Assembly: GCA_027451965.1 (NCBI GenBank)
Contig: DAIDHJ010000001.1
Location: forward strand, 490,963 to 548,072
Source: Candidatus Adlerbacteria bacterium
GTDB lineage: Bacteria > Patescibacteriota > Minisyncoccia > Phycocordibacterales > SBAW01
Length of the DNA: 57,110 nucleotides
Direction: 5' to 3'
This document shows positions 34,929 through 43,440 of this stretch, in pieces; position 1 is the stretch's first letter; the number at the start of each line of letters is the position of its first letter. The translations under genes were made by a program, and so were the position numbers. The notes below the pieces were generated by a model. It did no database searches, had not been told where the DNA came from, and worked only from the letters and a program-made list of their open reading frames with translations.

Positions 34929-36266
34929 TTATGATCCGTTGATGACATTGATCTCCTGTTGAAACTGCGCCGCAAGTGCAGCCACGGAATTGCCGTAAAA
35001 GGCCAGGCTCGGATTGTTCACGCCGCCGCATCCCGCCAGATAGCACATAGCCGCGCGAAATTCAGCATTGGGAGTCTGAGCGGCCGCCCCGTCATCAGTG
35101 AGATAGAGCGCTGCTGCCATGAACGCGTCCTTAGGATTCCAAGGGTTAGGAGGAGTGTCGCCAGTGAGCGGTCCGATGCGATCCTTCGATGCGTCATAGT
35201 GCCAATCAGGCGGTTCATAGCCGGCATAGAGCGCCCAGGTGGAAGGAATAAACTGTGCGGGTCCCATGGCTCCTCCCCAGCCGTACCACTGCCGTTTTGA
35301 TACTGGCATGGAATTCGGATCAAGGCCGAGATTAGCGGTAATCGCCAAGAATATAGGAATGTTTTTAGGGCTCATGTCCACTGTATAGGTGCCTGTTCCC
35401 ACGTTTTCCCCCAGATTACTTTCTTCGGCAATGATACCCAGTAAGAATGCTGGACGAATACCTGTTTTTTGTGCAGCAAGTTCAGCATACTGGAGTGCTT
35501 GTCCGAACGGAATCGCTTTCGTTCCGGTCAGTTGAAAAAGTTCTGCACGAATTTGTGCGGCACTTTTCTGGTTTTGAGCAATCAGTGTTTCATATGCCCG
35601 TTCCTGACCTTTTGTTTCCGTAAGAATTTGATTTTTTTCCTGCTGCTGTTGTTGTATTTGCTGCTGCTGAAGCTGCTGAGCGCGCAGGAGCGCGGTTTCT
35701 TCATCTTTCTGCTGTTGTAACAGAGTCTCCTGCTGCTGCGTTACCTGCTTTGTATTTTGAATATCATTGAACGATTGCTGTATGGCAGAGTTAATCGCAT
35801 CAAACTGACTGAGATCGGCAAAGAAGCTCGAGAGATCTTGCGAGGAAAGTACTGCCACCATGAGCGGTGCGGTATCGAGCTGATCTTTTTCCCGCATAAT
35901 AGCGCCCAGCGACGTGAGTTCGCTCTGCAATTGCGCATTGAGTGTGCCGATCGTCTGATTCTTGTCGCCGATATCAGAGGTCAATTGATCAATAACGATG
36001 TTACGCGCCTTGATAGAAAGTTGTGCTTGAGTAATCTGCGCATTGAGAATTGCAATGTCTCGTTCAAGCGACTGCTGCTGATTCTGTTTGTCATTCAGAA
36101 TCTGCTGCTGTTGTTGTATTTGTGCTTCCAGCTGATTAAGTTCCTGCTGCAGTTGCGCTTTGTAGGAATCAACGGTTCCACCCGCTTGCTGGGCATGTAC
36201 GCTAAGTGCCACTGCCGCAAGCATAAAAACGGCACACCAGAGCGTGTGCTGTATCGCCCTATGCAT
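34929..36266 (-). CDS. Secreted protein with a long Q-rich coiled coil and a C-terminal lytic-transglycosylase-like domain
   Basis: Signal peptide TLWCAVFMLAAVALSVHA. About 230 aa of heptad-rich, Q-rich sequence follow. The C-terminal part has LLGIIAEESNLG (catalytic Glu context) and GAMGPAQFIPSTW (SLT/MltB-type motif). Confidence 0.75.
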   Translation of the reverse strand: MHRAIQHTLWCAVFMLAAVALSVHAQQAGGTVDSYKAQLQQELNQLEAQIQQQQQILNDKQNQQQSLERDIAILNAQITQAQLSIKARNIVIDQLTSDIGDKNQTIGTLNAQLQSELTSLGAIMREKDQLDTAPLMVAVLSSQDLSSFFADLSQFDAINSAIQQSFNDIQNTKQVTQQQETLLQQQKDEETALLRAQQLQQQQIQQQQQEKNQILTETKGQERAYETLIAQNQKSAAQIRAELFQLTGTKAIPFGQALQYAELAAQKTGIRPAFLLGIIAEESNLGENVGTGTYTVDMSPKNIPIFLAITANLGLDPNSMPVSKRQWYGWGGAMGPAQFIPSTWALYAGYEPPDWHYDASKDRIGPLTGDTPPNPWNPKDAFMAAALYLTDDGAAAQTPNAEFRAAMCYLAGCGGVNNPSLAFYGNSVAALAAQFQQEINVINGS

Positions 36267-36272
36267 AGGGCC

Positions 36273-36278
36273 AGTATA
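36273..36278 (-). promoter_or_regulatory. TATACT -10 box 6 nt upstream of the transglycosylase ATG (putative leaderless promoter)
   Basis: The minus strand reads GATATACT-GGCCCT-ATG(36266). Confidence 0.4.
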
Positions 36279-36286
36279 TCACGAAA

Positions 36287-36916
36287 CTACTCCGTTTCTG
36301 CCGGCTCTTCCTTCTTTCCGCGCTCTTGGACCTCGATTTGTGAAATATCCATTGGTGCGGCTTCAGCTGTTTCTTCTTCCACTGCCGATACCATGGCGAC
36401 CACCTCGTCTCCTTCCACTGACGGGGCGGCGCTTTTGGGAAGCGGGAGATCTTTAACCATAATCTGATCGCCGATTTCTTTGAGTGCGCTGATATCAACT
36501 ACCAATGTATGTGGCAGTTCGGCTGGAAGTACTTCTATCTCAAGCTCGTGCATCACTTTCACCAGCACGCCACCCAAGTCTTTAACGGCCGGAGAAACTC
36601 CCTCGAAAGAAAGTGGTACAGATACGGTAACCGGCTTTCCTTTTTCAATGACATAAAAATCCGCGTGAATCGGCTGGTTGGAAACCGGGTCCATGTCGAC
36701 GGCATGAATGAGTGCTTCTTTGGAAGCTCCCACGCCCTCCAGGGTGATCACGCTTGATTCTCCTGCTGCAGCAAATACTTTCAAGAATTCCTTATAGTCG
36801 ATGGAAATAGGAGTAGCTTCCTCTTTTCTGCCATACAAGACAGCGGGCAATACACCCTGCTCACGCAAGGCTTGTGCTTTTTGTCCCTGTTCTCGAGGTC
36901 GTATGGCTAATTGCAT
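36287..36916 (-). CDS. rplY: 50S ribosomal protein L25 / general stress protein Ctc form
   Basis: MQLAIRPREQGQKAQALREQGVLPAVLYGRKE...PIHADF matches L25/Ctc. An acidic C-terminal tail follows. I take the internal ATG 36916. Confidence 0.85.
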   Translation of the reverse strand: MQLAIRPREQGQKAQALREQGVLPAVLYGRKEEATPISIDYKEFLKVFAAAGESSVITLEGVGASKEALIHAVDMDPVSNQPIHADFYVIEKGKPVTVSVPLSFEGVSPAVKDLGGVLVKVMHELEIEVLPAELPHTLVVDISALKEIGDQIMVKDLPLPKSAAPSVEGDEVVAMVSAVEEETAEAAPMDISQIEVQERGKKEEPAETE

Positions 36917-36923
36917 GAGGGAG

Positions 36924-36929
36924 AGTGTA
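36924..36929 (-). promoter_or_regulatory. TACACT -10 box 7 nt upstream of the rplY ATG, with TTGCTC 17 nt further upstream
   Basis: The minus strand reads TTGCTC-N17-TACACT-CTCCCTC-ATG(36916). Confidence 0.4.
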
Positions 36930-36960
36930 TCGAATTTATGCAAAAAGAGCAATGGATGCG

Positions 36961-37821
36961 TTACATCCGGGCAAAAAGACGCATTTTCTGCATGAGATAC
37001 TGCTGTAGTTTTTCAACGACCGGTTCCAGGAATTTGTAAGGTGCTACGACATCTGGATGCTGTGCTATGGCGTCTTTGAGACCGTCTCGATAGATGAGAC
37101 GGATATCCGTGTTGATATGAATAATAGAGATGCCGGCTGCAACTGCTTGTGCAAACTCCTCGTCGCTTGAGCCGGAACCACCGTGCAACACTAATGGTAC
37201 ATCCACCATGCTTGCCAATTGACTGATGCGTGCAATGGAGAGTTTTGGCTGTCCGTTCGTCACAATACCGTGAATGTTTCCCACTGCCGGAGCAACCAGA
37301 TCAATACCTGTTTCAAGTACAAACCGGTTCAGATCCTCCGGTCTAGTCATCATTGCTTCTGTGATTGCCGCCCCTGCCGGTACAGAAGCCATGACCGTCG
37401 AAGAAGTGCCTATGTATCCCAACTCTCCCTCTACCAGCACTTCACCGGTATGGGCTTTTGCAAGTGCGACACACTGCCGCACGAGTGCGACGTTGTCATC
37501 AAAGGATAATTTTGCGCCGTCCACAACCACTGATTCCACGCCGTCTTGTATGGCTGCAGCCACTTTTTCGGTGCTGTAGGTATGATCTGCATTGAGATAG
37601 AGCTGAATACCCTCCGCGCGATAGGCATCAATAAGCAGGCGCGCATGCGCTATCGGGAAAAAGGCTCGTTCCCCTTCGGAAAGTCCGACCAGAACGGGTA
37701 ATTTTGTTTCTTTTGCGGCTCGGGCGATTGCTTCAAGCTGATTTGCATCGGAAACATTGAAGTGACCTAGCGCACGCGATTGTTTTTTATAATCTTCAAT
37801 ACATTCTCGAAGTGTTTGCAT
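36961..37821 (-). CDS. fba: Class II fructose/tagatose-bisphosphate aldolase
   Basis: The motifs HFNVSD, LNADHT, VLHGGSGS and INTD fit the class II FBA family pattern. Confidence 0.85.
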   Translation of the reverse strand: MQTLRECIEDYKKQSRALGHFNVSDANQLEAIARAAKETKLPVLVGLSEGERAFFPIAHARLLIDAYRAEGIQLYLNADHTYSTEKVAAAIQDGVESVVVDGAKLSFDDNVALVRQCVALAKAHTGEVLVEGELGYIGTSSTVMASVPAGAAITEAMMTRPEDLNRFVLETGIDLVAPAVGNIHGIVTNGQPKLSIARISQLASMVDVPLVLHGGSGSSDEEFAQAVAAGISIIHINTDIRLIYRDGLKDAIAQHPDVVAPYKFLEPVVEKLQQYLMQKMRLFARM

Positions 37822-37832
37822 GTTATGTACCT

Positions 37833-37842
37833 AGTATATACT
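37833..37842. promoter_or_regulatory. Palindromic AGTATATACT element giving a TATACT -10 box on both strands between divergent fba and the kinase gene
   Basis: On the plus strand TATACT (37837-37842) lies 6 nt before ATG 37849. On the minus strand TATACT (37838-37833) lies 11 nt before ATG 37821. The whole intergenic region is 27 nt. Confidence 0.45.
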
Positions 37843-37848
37843 ACAAAC

Positions 37849-38850
37849 ATGGGTACTGAATCACTCGATGTACTTGCTATTGGCGATATCGTAGTGGATG
37901 ACTTTATACGCCTCAAGGAAGCGTCGGTGCATTGCAAGCTCGACAATGACGAATGCGAAATTTGCATGCGCTGGGGAGATAAAATTCCGTTTGAGTTTTC
38001 TGTGCGCGTGCCGGGTGTAGGCAATGCCGCCAATGCTGCGGTATGCGCGGCGCGTCTAGGACTCAAAAGCGCGCTGCACACCTATGTCGGCGCTGATATA
38101 TTCGGAGACGAGTGTATTGAAAGCCTGACAAAAGACCGGGTATCGACTGCATTTGTAGAGAAAGTGCCTGAAAAACATACCAATTACCATTACGTACTGT
38201 GGTATGAGAGCGAGAGAACCATTCTCATCAAACACGAACAGTTTACCTACCAATTCCCTACGCTCACTGTCCTGCCGTCATGGATATACCTTTCCTCTTT
38301 GGCCGCTCATACGCTTCCTTATCATGATGCGATTGCGGCATTCCTTGCAGCGCATCCGGAGATCAAGCTCGCTTTTCAGCCGGGAACGTTCCAGATTGGA
38401 ACGCCGGTTGAGCAACTCCATGCACTCTATCAGCGCAGTGCAATATTTTTCTGTAATAAAGAGGAGGCGATGACGATTACCGGCACAACTACGCCAAACG
38501 TAAGGGTACTACTCGCCCAGCTGCAAGCTCTTGGACCGAAGATTGTCATTATTACAGATGGACGAGAAGGTGCGTACTGTCTCACTGAAAATGGTACAGA
38601 ATATTTTGTGCCGCTGTACCCTGATCCACGAGCGCCGTATGAGCGTACTGGTGCCGGTGACGCATTTTCTGCCGCCGTGGTGAGCGCATTGGCGCTCGGC
38701 AAACCGCTCGAAGAAGCACTACTCTGGGGTCCTATCAGCAGCATGTCGGTGGTGCAAGCAATCGGTGCGCAAAAAGGATTGCTTACTCGGATGCAGATGG
38801 ATCAGTATCTCCATCATGCACCGGCCGAATATGCCATCAAGAAACTGTAG
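37849..38850 (+). CDS. PfkB-family carbohydrate kinase (ribokinase/fructokinase-like)
   Basis: LAIGDIVVDDF, GVGNAANAAVCAARLG and TGAGDAFSAAVVSAL (the PfkB signature 2 region). The track start at 37780 is TTG and overlaps fba; I prefer ATG 37849. Confidence 0.85.
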   Translation: MGTESLDVLAIGDIVVDDFIRLKEASVHCKLDNDECEICMRWGDKIPFEFSVRVPGVGNAANAAVCAARLGLKSALHTYVGADIFGDECIESLTKDRVSTAFVEKVPEKHTNYHYVLWYESERTILIKHEQFTYQFPTLTVLPSWIYLSSLAAHTLPYHDAIAAFLAAHPEIKLAFQPGTFQIGTPVEQLHALYQRSAIFFCNKEEAMTITGTTTPNVRVLLAQLQALGPKIVIITDGREGAYCLTENGTEYFVPLYPDPRAPYERTGAGDAFSAAVVSALALGKPLEEALLWGPISSMSVVQAIGAQKGLLTRMQMDQYLHHAPAEYAIKKL

Positions 38851-38851
38851 T

Positions 38852-39358
38852 ATGAAAAAGAACGGTTTTACTCTGATTGAACTCTTGGTCGTGATCGCCA
38901 TTATCGGCATTCTCGCCTCAATTATTATGGTCTCCCTCAGTTCAGCGCGTGCAAAAGCACGCGACGCCACTCGTGAACAGGATATCGAAGAAATACAGAA
39001 TGCATTGGAAATCTATTATACCGACCATGGTCAATACCCTCTCTCTGGAGGCGCAAATTCTCCAAATGGTGGGTGGAGCAACAGTAACGATTCGAGTTGG
39101 GCAGCACTTCAAACAGCTCTCGCTCCGTATATTTCCCCACTGCCAACCGATCCAACACAAACCAGCGGCTGGCCGGGCAATGCCGGAAACTATTCATTCG
39201 CCTATTACTCGCAAGCGTACGGTTGTCCGCAAGGATGGTACATGCTGGTATGGAGACCTGAAGTGAGTACCACAACCAGTCCTGGAGTAACTGCCTGCGA
39301 TGGGACTACCTTTAATTATGGCGGAGGCGCAGTGACTATCGGCAGCAGCGGTAAATAG
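38852..39358 (+). CDS. Type IV pilin / pseudopilin with an N-terminal prepilin cleavage-methylation motif
   Basis: MKKNGFTLIELLVVIAIIGILASII is the class III signal peptide (G|FTLIE). The ATG lies 1 nt after the kinase TAG stop. Confidence 0.85.
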   Translation: MKKNGFTLIELLVVIAIIGILASIIMVSLSSARAKARDATREQDIEEIQNALEIYYTDHGQYPLSGGANSPNGGWSNSNDSSWAALQTALAPYISPLPTDPTQTSGWPGNAGNYSFAYYSQAYGCPQGWYMLVWRPEVSTTTSPGVTACDGTTFNYGGGAVTIGSSGK

Positions 39359-39369
39359 CAGGATGCTAT

Positions 39370-40356
39370 TTATGTACGCGCATGCACCTTCCGCACAGCG
39401 GCACTGATGTGCGATGCATCCATGCCATAATGCGCAATCAGTTCATCTGGGGTGCCCGATTGTCCGAATTGATCATGCACACCGATAAATTCAATCGGCA
39501 CCGGATGGCGCTGACTCAGCACTTCCGCAATAGCACTTCCTAATCCGCCGGCAATTTGATGCTCTTCTACGGTTACTACTGCACCTGTTCTCTGGGCGTA
39601 CTGCACGATAGCCTCCGTATCAAGCGGCTTGATGGTGTGTACATTGACCACTAGTACCGGTATGTCAGTGCATTCGTGCGCCGCTTGGAGCGCACGGTAG
39701 ACCAACGGTCCGGTGGCAAAGATAACCACTTTTGGTTGTTCAGTGCTCCACAGCAGATTCGTTTTTCCTATAGCAAACGGTGTTTTTTGCGTAGTGAATA
39801 CTGGTGTTTTTTCTCGCGCGAACCGCAGGTATACCGGACCGGGTACCGCTGCAGCGGCAATAGTTGCCTTGTATGCTTCTTCTGCATCGCAGGGCGAAAG
39901 CACCGTCATACGCGGCAGCACTCGCATGAGCGCCATATCTTCCAGTGCTTGGTGAGTTGCGCCATCCGGACCGACGGATACACCAGCATGCATGCCGGCA
40001 ATTTTGACCGGCACATTGTTGATGGCAACCGTGGTGCGAATCTGTTCATTATTTCTACCCGGAGAAAACGTGGCATAGGAAGCAATGAAAGGAATTTTTC
40101 CGTAATTGGCCAAGCCGCTGGCAATAGTGGCCAGATTCTGTTCTGCCACTCCCGCTTCTATGAAGCGATCGGGAAATAGTTGTTTGAACTGGAGCGTTCG
40201 TGTCGATTCGGCGAGATCCGCACACACCACCACCACACGTGCGTCCTGCCGTCCGAGTACAAGGAGCGCTTTACCAAATCCGTCTCGAGTAGGCGTGTAT
40301 TCCTCTTTTCCAAAGATCGTGTCCGTAAGCTGTGCTTCTGGATGGAGCATATACAT
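39370..40356 (-). CDS. Transketolase, C-terminal section (pyrimidine-binding and C-terminal domains)
   Basis: The sequence fits the transketolase Pyr/C-terminal half (RFIEAGVAEQN, GATHQALEDMALMR). The start overlaps the N-terminal section stop as TAATG. Confidence 0.88.
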   Translation of the reverse strand: MYMLHPEAQLTDTIFGKEEYTPTRDGFGKALLVLGRQDARVVVVCADLAESTRTLQFKQLFPDRFIEAGVAEQNLATIASGLANYGKIPFIASYATFSPGRNNEQIRTTVAINNVPVKIAGMHAGVSVGPDGATHQALEDMALMRVLPRMTVLSPCDAEEAYKATIAAAAVPGPVYLRFAREKTPVFTTQKTPFAIGKTNLLWSTEQPKVVIFATGPLVYRALQAAHECTDIPVLVVNVHTIKPLDTEAIVQYAQRTGAVVTVEEHQIAGGLGSAIAEVLSQRHPVPIEFIGVHDQFGQSGTPDELIAHYGMDASHISAAVRKVHART

Positions 40357-41210
40357 TACTGATGTTCGCTGGTAATACGACCCTTGAGCGTGCGCAGTTC
40401 GTGCAAAAATACTCGCGCTTCTTCCGGTGTAGGCGGTTTTCCGTGCCAGGTGTAATCAAACTCTATTTCTTTTATTCCCTTGCCGGGAATCGTGTGCGCG
40501 ATGATGACCGTCGGTTTTTCATAAATAGCTTTTGCTTCCTGTGCTGCATCGATAAATGATGCGATGTTATGACCATCCACTTCCAGCACATGCCAGTTGA
40601 ACGCTTCGTATTTCGCCCGCAGGTTTTCAAGCGGCATCACTTGTTCAGTCATGCCATCGATCTGAATGTTATTGCGATCAATAATCGCCGTAAGGTTTGA
40701 GAGACGGTTATTACCAGCAAACATGACTGACTCCCAGGTATTTCCTGCATCATGTTCTCCGTCGCTCATGGCACAGTACACGCGAAACTTCTTGTTATCC
40801 ATGCGCGCTCCCAGTGCATACCCGGCAGCCTGTCCTAGACCGCTTCCCAACGGTCCGGAAGTGCTTTCAAGTCCTGGCAGACGCGTCCGCTCAGGATGAC
40901 CTTGCAGACGTGATCCGAATTTGCGCAGCGTACGGCATTCCGCTACTGGGAAATAACCGGCGTGCGCCATGGCGGCATAGCGCACGGGGACAATATGTCC
41001 GTTGGAGAGAAATAACCGGTCTCGTTCTTCCCAGTCCGGATGTTCTGGATCATGGGAAAGCACATGGAAGTAAAGTGCCGCGAAAATATCGGCCATACCA
41101 AGCGGTCCTGCAGTGTGACCGGAGCCGGCGGCAACCAGCATATCAATGATGGTTTCCCGGATCGCTTGCGCTTTTTCCTCTATACGTCCTATGTCCGCCC
41201 CGAGCAACAT
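40356..41210 (-). CDS. Transketolase, N-terminal section (thiamine-diphosphate-binding domain)
   Basis: SGHTAGPLGMADI, GHPE and SDGEHDAGNTWE fit the TPP-binding motif region. The gene is split from the downstream half. Confidence 0.88.
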   Translation of the reverse strand: MLLGADIGRIEEKAQAIRETIIDMLVAAGSGHTAGPLGMADIFAALYFHVLSHDPEHPDWEERDRLFLSNGHIVPVRYAAMAHAGYFPVAECRTLRKFGSRLQGHPERTRLPGLESTSGPLGSGLGQAAGYALGARMDNKKFRVYCAMSDGEHDAGNTWESVMFAGNNRLSNLTAIIDRNNIQIDGMTEQVMPLENLRAKYEAFNWHVLEVDGHNIASFIDAAQEAKAIYEKPTVIIAHTIPGKGIKEIEFDYTWHGKPPTPEEARVFLHELRTLKGRITSEHQ

Positions 41211-41225
41211 ATATATAGTATGGTA

Positions 41226-41927
41226 TCACGCATTCGCGACGCAGTGTTCCAACATGGCAATGTATTCCTTGGGATGCGCATTGGTAAAGATTGCTGAACC
41301 GACTACGAAGCGCGTCACTCCCGCAGCTTTTAGCTCGGGAATACATTCCTCCTTCACTCCGCCATCGACTTGTATAGGCATAGAGGGATACGCATGCCGT
41401 ATGATACGTACCGTTTGTAGCGCATTCGCATCAAATGGTTCTCCTTGTCTGCCAACACGCGCAATGCCCATCACTTGAATGTAATCAAAAAGATGCTCGT
41501 ATGGCTGGAGCATGCCAACTGATCCGATACTCGGCAGTGCGATACCGATTGCTACAGGGTATGCTCCTTCCCGATATGGTTGCAGCAGCTGCAGCGCTTC
41601 ATGCGCATCAGGACTATTCTGATGAATCACGATGCGCGCCGCACCCATCTTCACCCATAGCGCTGCATCTCTGGCGCTATGGCTCACCATGAGGTCTGCT
41701 TCAAAATCAAATGTCTTCCAAAGCGGCAATCCTTCCTCTTCTGTACTGAGCGTTTGATCAGTTTCAGCTCCCTGCTTGGTGTACGGCCAGGAAAAGGAAG
41801 GTGCATAGGTGCCATCTACGACATCGAGCTGCACCATCGGTGTTGCTCCTTCTATGATCTCTAATTTCCTAGTTATTTCCTCGAGCGATCCGCACAGCAG
41901 CGCCGGAATAATGGTACGGTCATGCAT
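41226..41927 (-). CDS. rpe: Ribulose-phosphate 3-epimerase-like TIM-barrel protein (divergent)
   Basis: VQLDVVDGTYAP, FEADLMV, IQVMGIARVGRQGEPF, IQVDGGV and FVVGSAIF parallel the Rpe motif order. The start is uncertain; ATG 41927 overlaps the end of rpiB by 8 nt. Confidence 0.65.
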   Translation of the reverse strand: MHDRTIIPALLCGSLEEITRKLEIIEGATPMVQLDVVDGTYAPSFSWPYTKQGAETDQTLSTEEEGLPLWKTFDFEADLMVSHSARDAALWVKMGAARIVIHQNSPDAHEALQLLQPYREGAYPVAIGIALPSIGSVGMLQPYEHLFDYIQVMGIARVGRQGEPFDANALQTVRIIRHAYPSMPIQVDGGVKEECIPELKAAGVTRFVVGSAIFTNAHPKEYIAMLEHCVANA

Positions 41928-42366
41928 GATCGAGTTTTGCATTGCGGCGCACATGACGTTCAGCATTTGAAAACGGCGTGGTTAGCCACAACCGTACTGC
42001 TTCTTCTGCGTCTTCCGGAGAAAGAAACCGTGCTCCCAACGATAAAATATTTGCATCATTGTGTTCCCGCGAGAGTCGTACGATATCGCTCGGTCCTCCG
42101 TAGTACACCGCAGCGCGGATACCCATAATACGATTTGCCGCTATTGCTTCTCCCTGTCCGGATGCGCCGATCACAATGCCGCATGCTTCCGGCTGTTCGG
42201 CTACTGTGCGGGCAAGCGGCACAATGTAGTCAGGGTAATCATCAAGAGGATCCAGAGCGGTAGGACCCATGTCTTCTACGGCATATCCTTCGTCAGTAAG
42301 GGTGTCGACAAGCGATTGTTTGAGCGCAAATCCGGCATGATCGGACGCTATATATATAGTACGCAT
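41920..42366 (-). CDS. rpiB: Ribose-5-phosphate isomerase B
   Basis: MRTIYIASDHAGFALKQ...GIVIGASGQGEAIAANR... fits the RpiB/LacAB family. Confidence 0.88.
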   Translation of the reverse strand: MRTIYIASDHAGFALKQSLVDTLTDEGYAVEDMGPTALDPLDDYPDYIVPLARTVAEQPEACGIVIGASGQGEAIAANRIMGIRAAVYYGGPSDIVRLSREHNDANILSLGARFLSPEDAEEAVRLWLTTPFSNAERHVRRNAKLDHA

Positions 42367-42368
42367 AG

Positions 42369-43385
42369 TTATGACAGCTGTGCTCCGGCGGTTTTTACAT
42401 GGCGCAGTAGTGCGTGCGTATATCCCGATTCATTGTCGTACCACGCAAGCACTTTCACGAGCGTTCCACCCACCACACGAGTCATGCTCAAGTCGGCGAT
42501 CGATGCGTAGGGTTGCCCTACAATGTCGCTTGAAACGAGCTGTTCTTCAGTGACCGTAAAGATGCCGTTCCAGCGAGGATCGCCGGATGCCTGTTTGAGC
42601 GCTGCATTCACTTCTGCCACTGAAGTTGGTTTTTTTGCAATGAAGGTGATGTCAGTGATGGAGCCAGCAGCGACCGGCACGCGCAATGCAATGCCATCAA
42701 AATTCCCTTGCAATGCAGTATACGCTTTGGTGACTGCTACTGCCGCGCCGGTAGAAGTAGGCACGATGTTTTGAGCCGCCGCTCTTCCTTTACGCAGATC
42801 ATGTCCCTTGGTCGGTCCGTCCACGAGCGCTTGGGTTGAGGTATAGCTATGCGTAGTCGTGAGCACCGCTTTTTCAATACCGATAGCAGCGTCGAGAATC
42901 GCGATGAGCGGAGAAGAGGCATTGGTGGTGCATGAACCGTTGCTGGTAATCTGGCAGGTACGTAGTGCCTCTTCATTGATGCCCATGAGCACCGTTGCGC
43001 CCAGTGGAGAATCGCTATGGGATGGCGCACTAATGACAACTCGTTTCGCTCCTGCGGTGATATGTGCCTGCGCTTTCTCATAGTCAGTAAAGAAACCGGT
43101 TGATTCAACCACAACATCTACTCCAAGGCGCTGCCAGGGCAATTGTGCCGGATCCTTTTCGGACAAAAACGCAATGTCCTTCCCTCCTACCTTGAGCCCT
43201 CCATCGCCCATTTCGACGGAAAAAGGCGCTTGGCCATACACGGAATCGTACTTGAGCAAATATGCAAAGTTTTCCAAGGAACCCAAATCATTAATAGCGA
43301 CAAGGTCGATATCCGGATCCATACTGGCCAACCGAAGAAAACTCCGCCCGATGCGCCCAAATCCGTTAATAGCCACTCGTATCAT
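42369..43385 (-). CDS. gap: Glyceraldehyde-3-phosphate dehydrogenase
   Basis: MIRVAINGFGRIGR, the active-site SNGSCTTNA, and WYDNESGY are present. Confidence 0.93.
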   Translation of the reverse strand: MIRVAINGFGRIGRSFLRLASMDPDIDLVAINDLGSLENFAYLLKYDSVYGQAPFSVEMGDGGLKVGGKDIAFLSEKDPAQLPWQRLGVDVVVESTGFFTDYEKAQAHITAGAKRVVISAPSHSDSPLGATVLMGINEEALRTCQITSNGSCTTNASSPLIAILDAAIGIEKAVLTTTHSYTSTQALVDGPTKGHDLRKGRAAAQNIVPTSTGAAVAVTKAYTALQGNFDGIALRVPVAAGSITDITFIAKKPTSVAEVNAALKQASGDPRWNGIFTVTEEQLVSSDIVGQPYASIADLSMTRVVGGTLVKVLAWYDNESGYTHALLRHVKTAGAQLS

Positions 43386-43391
43386 ACGTTC

Positions 43392-43397
43392 ATTCTA
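43392..43397 (-). promoter_or_regulatory. TAGAAT -10-like box 6 nt upstream of the gap ATG
   Basis: The minus strand reads TATATAGAAT-GAACGT-ATG(43385). A perfect TATAAT also lies at 43432-43427, so which box is used is unclear. Confidence 0.3.
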
Positions 43398-43440
43398 TAT
43401 ATATGTATTAGTAATCGGTACTTCTTATTATATCTCAGCT

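Noticed and set aside
35757-36467. 236-aa plus-strand ORF
   Set aside because: It lies antisense to the coiled-coil transglycosylase and rplY genes.
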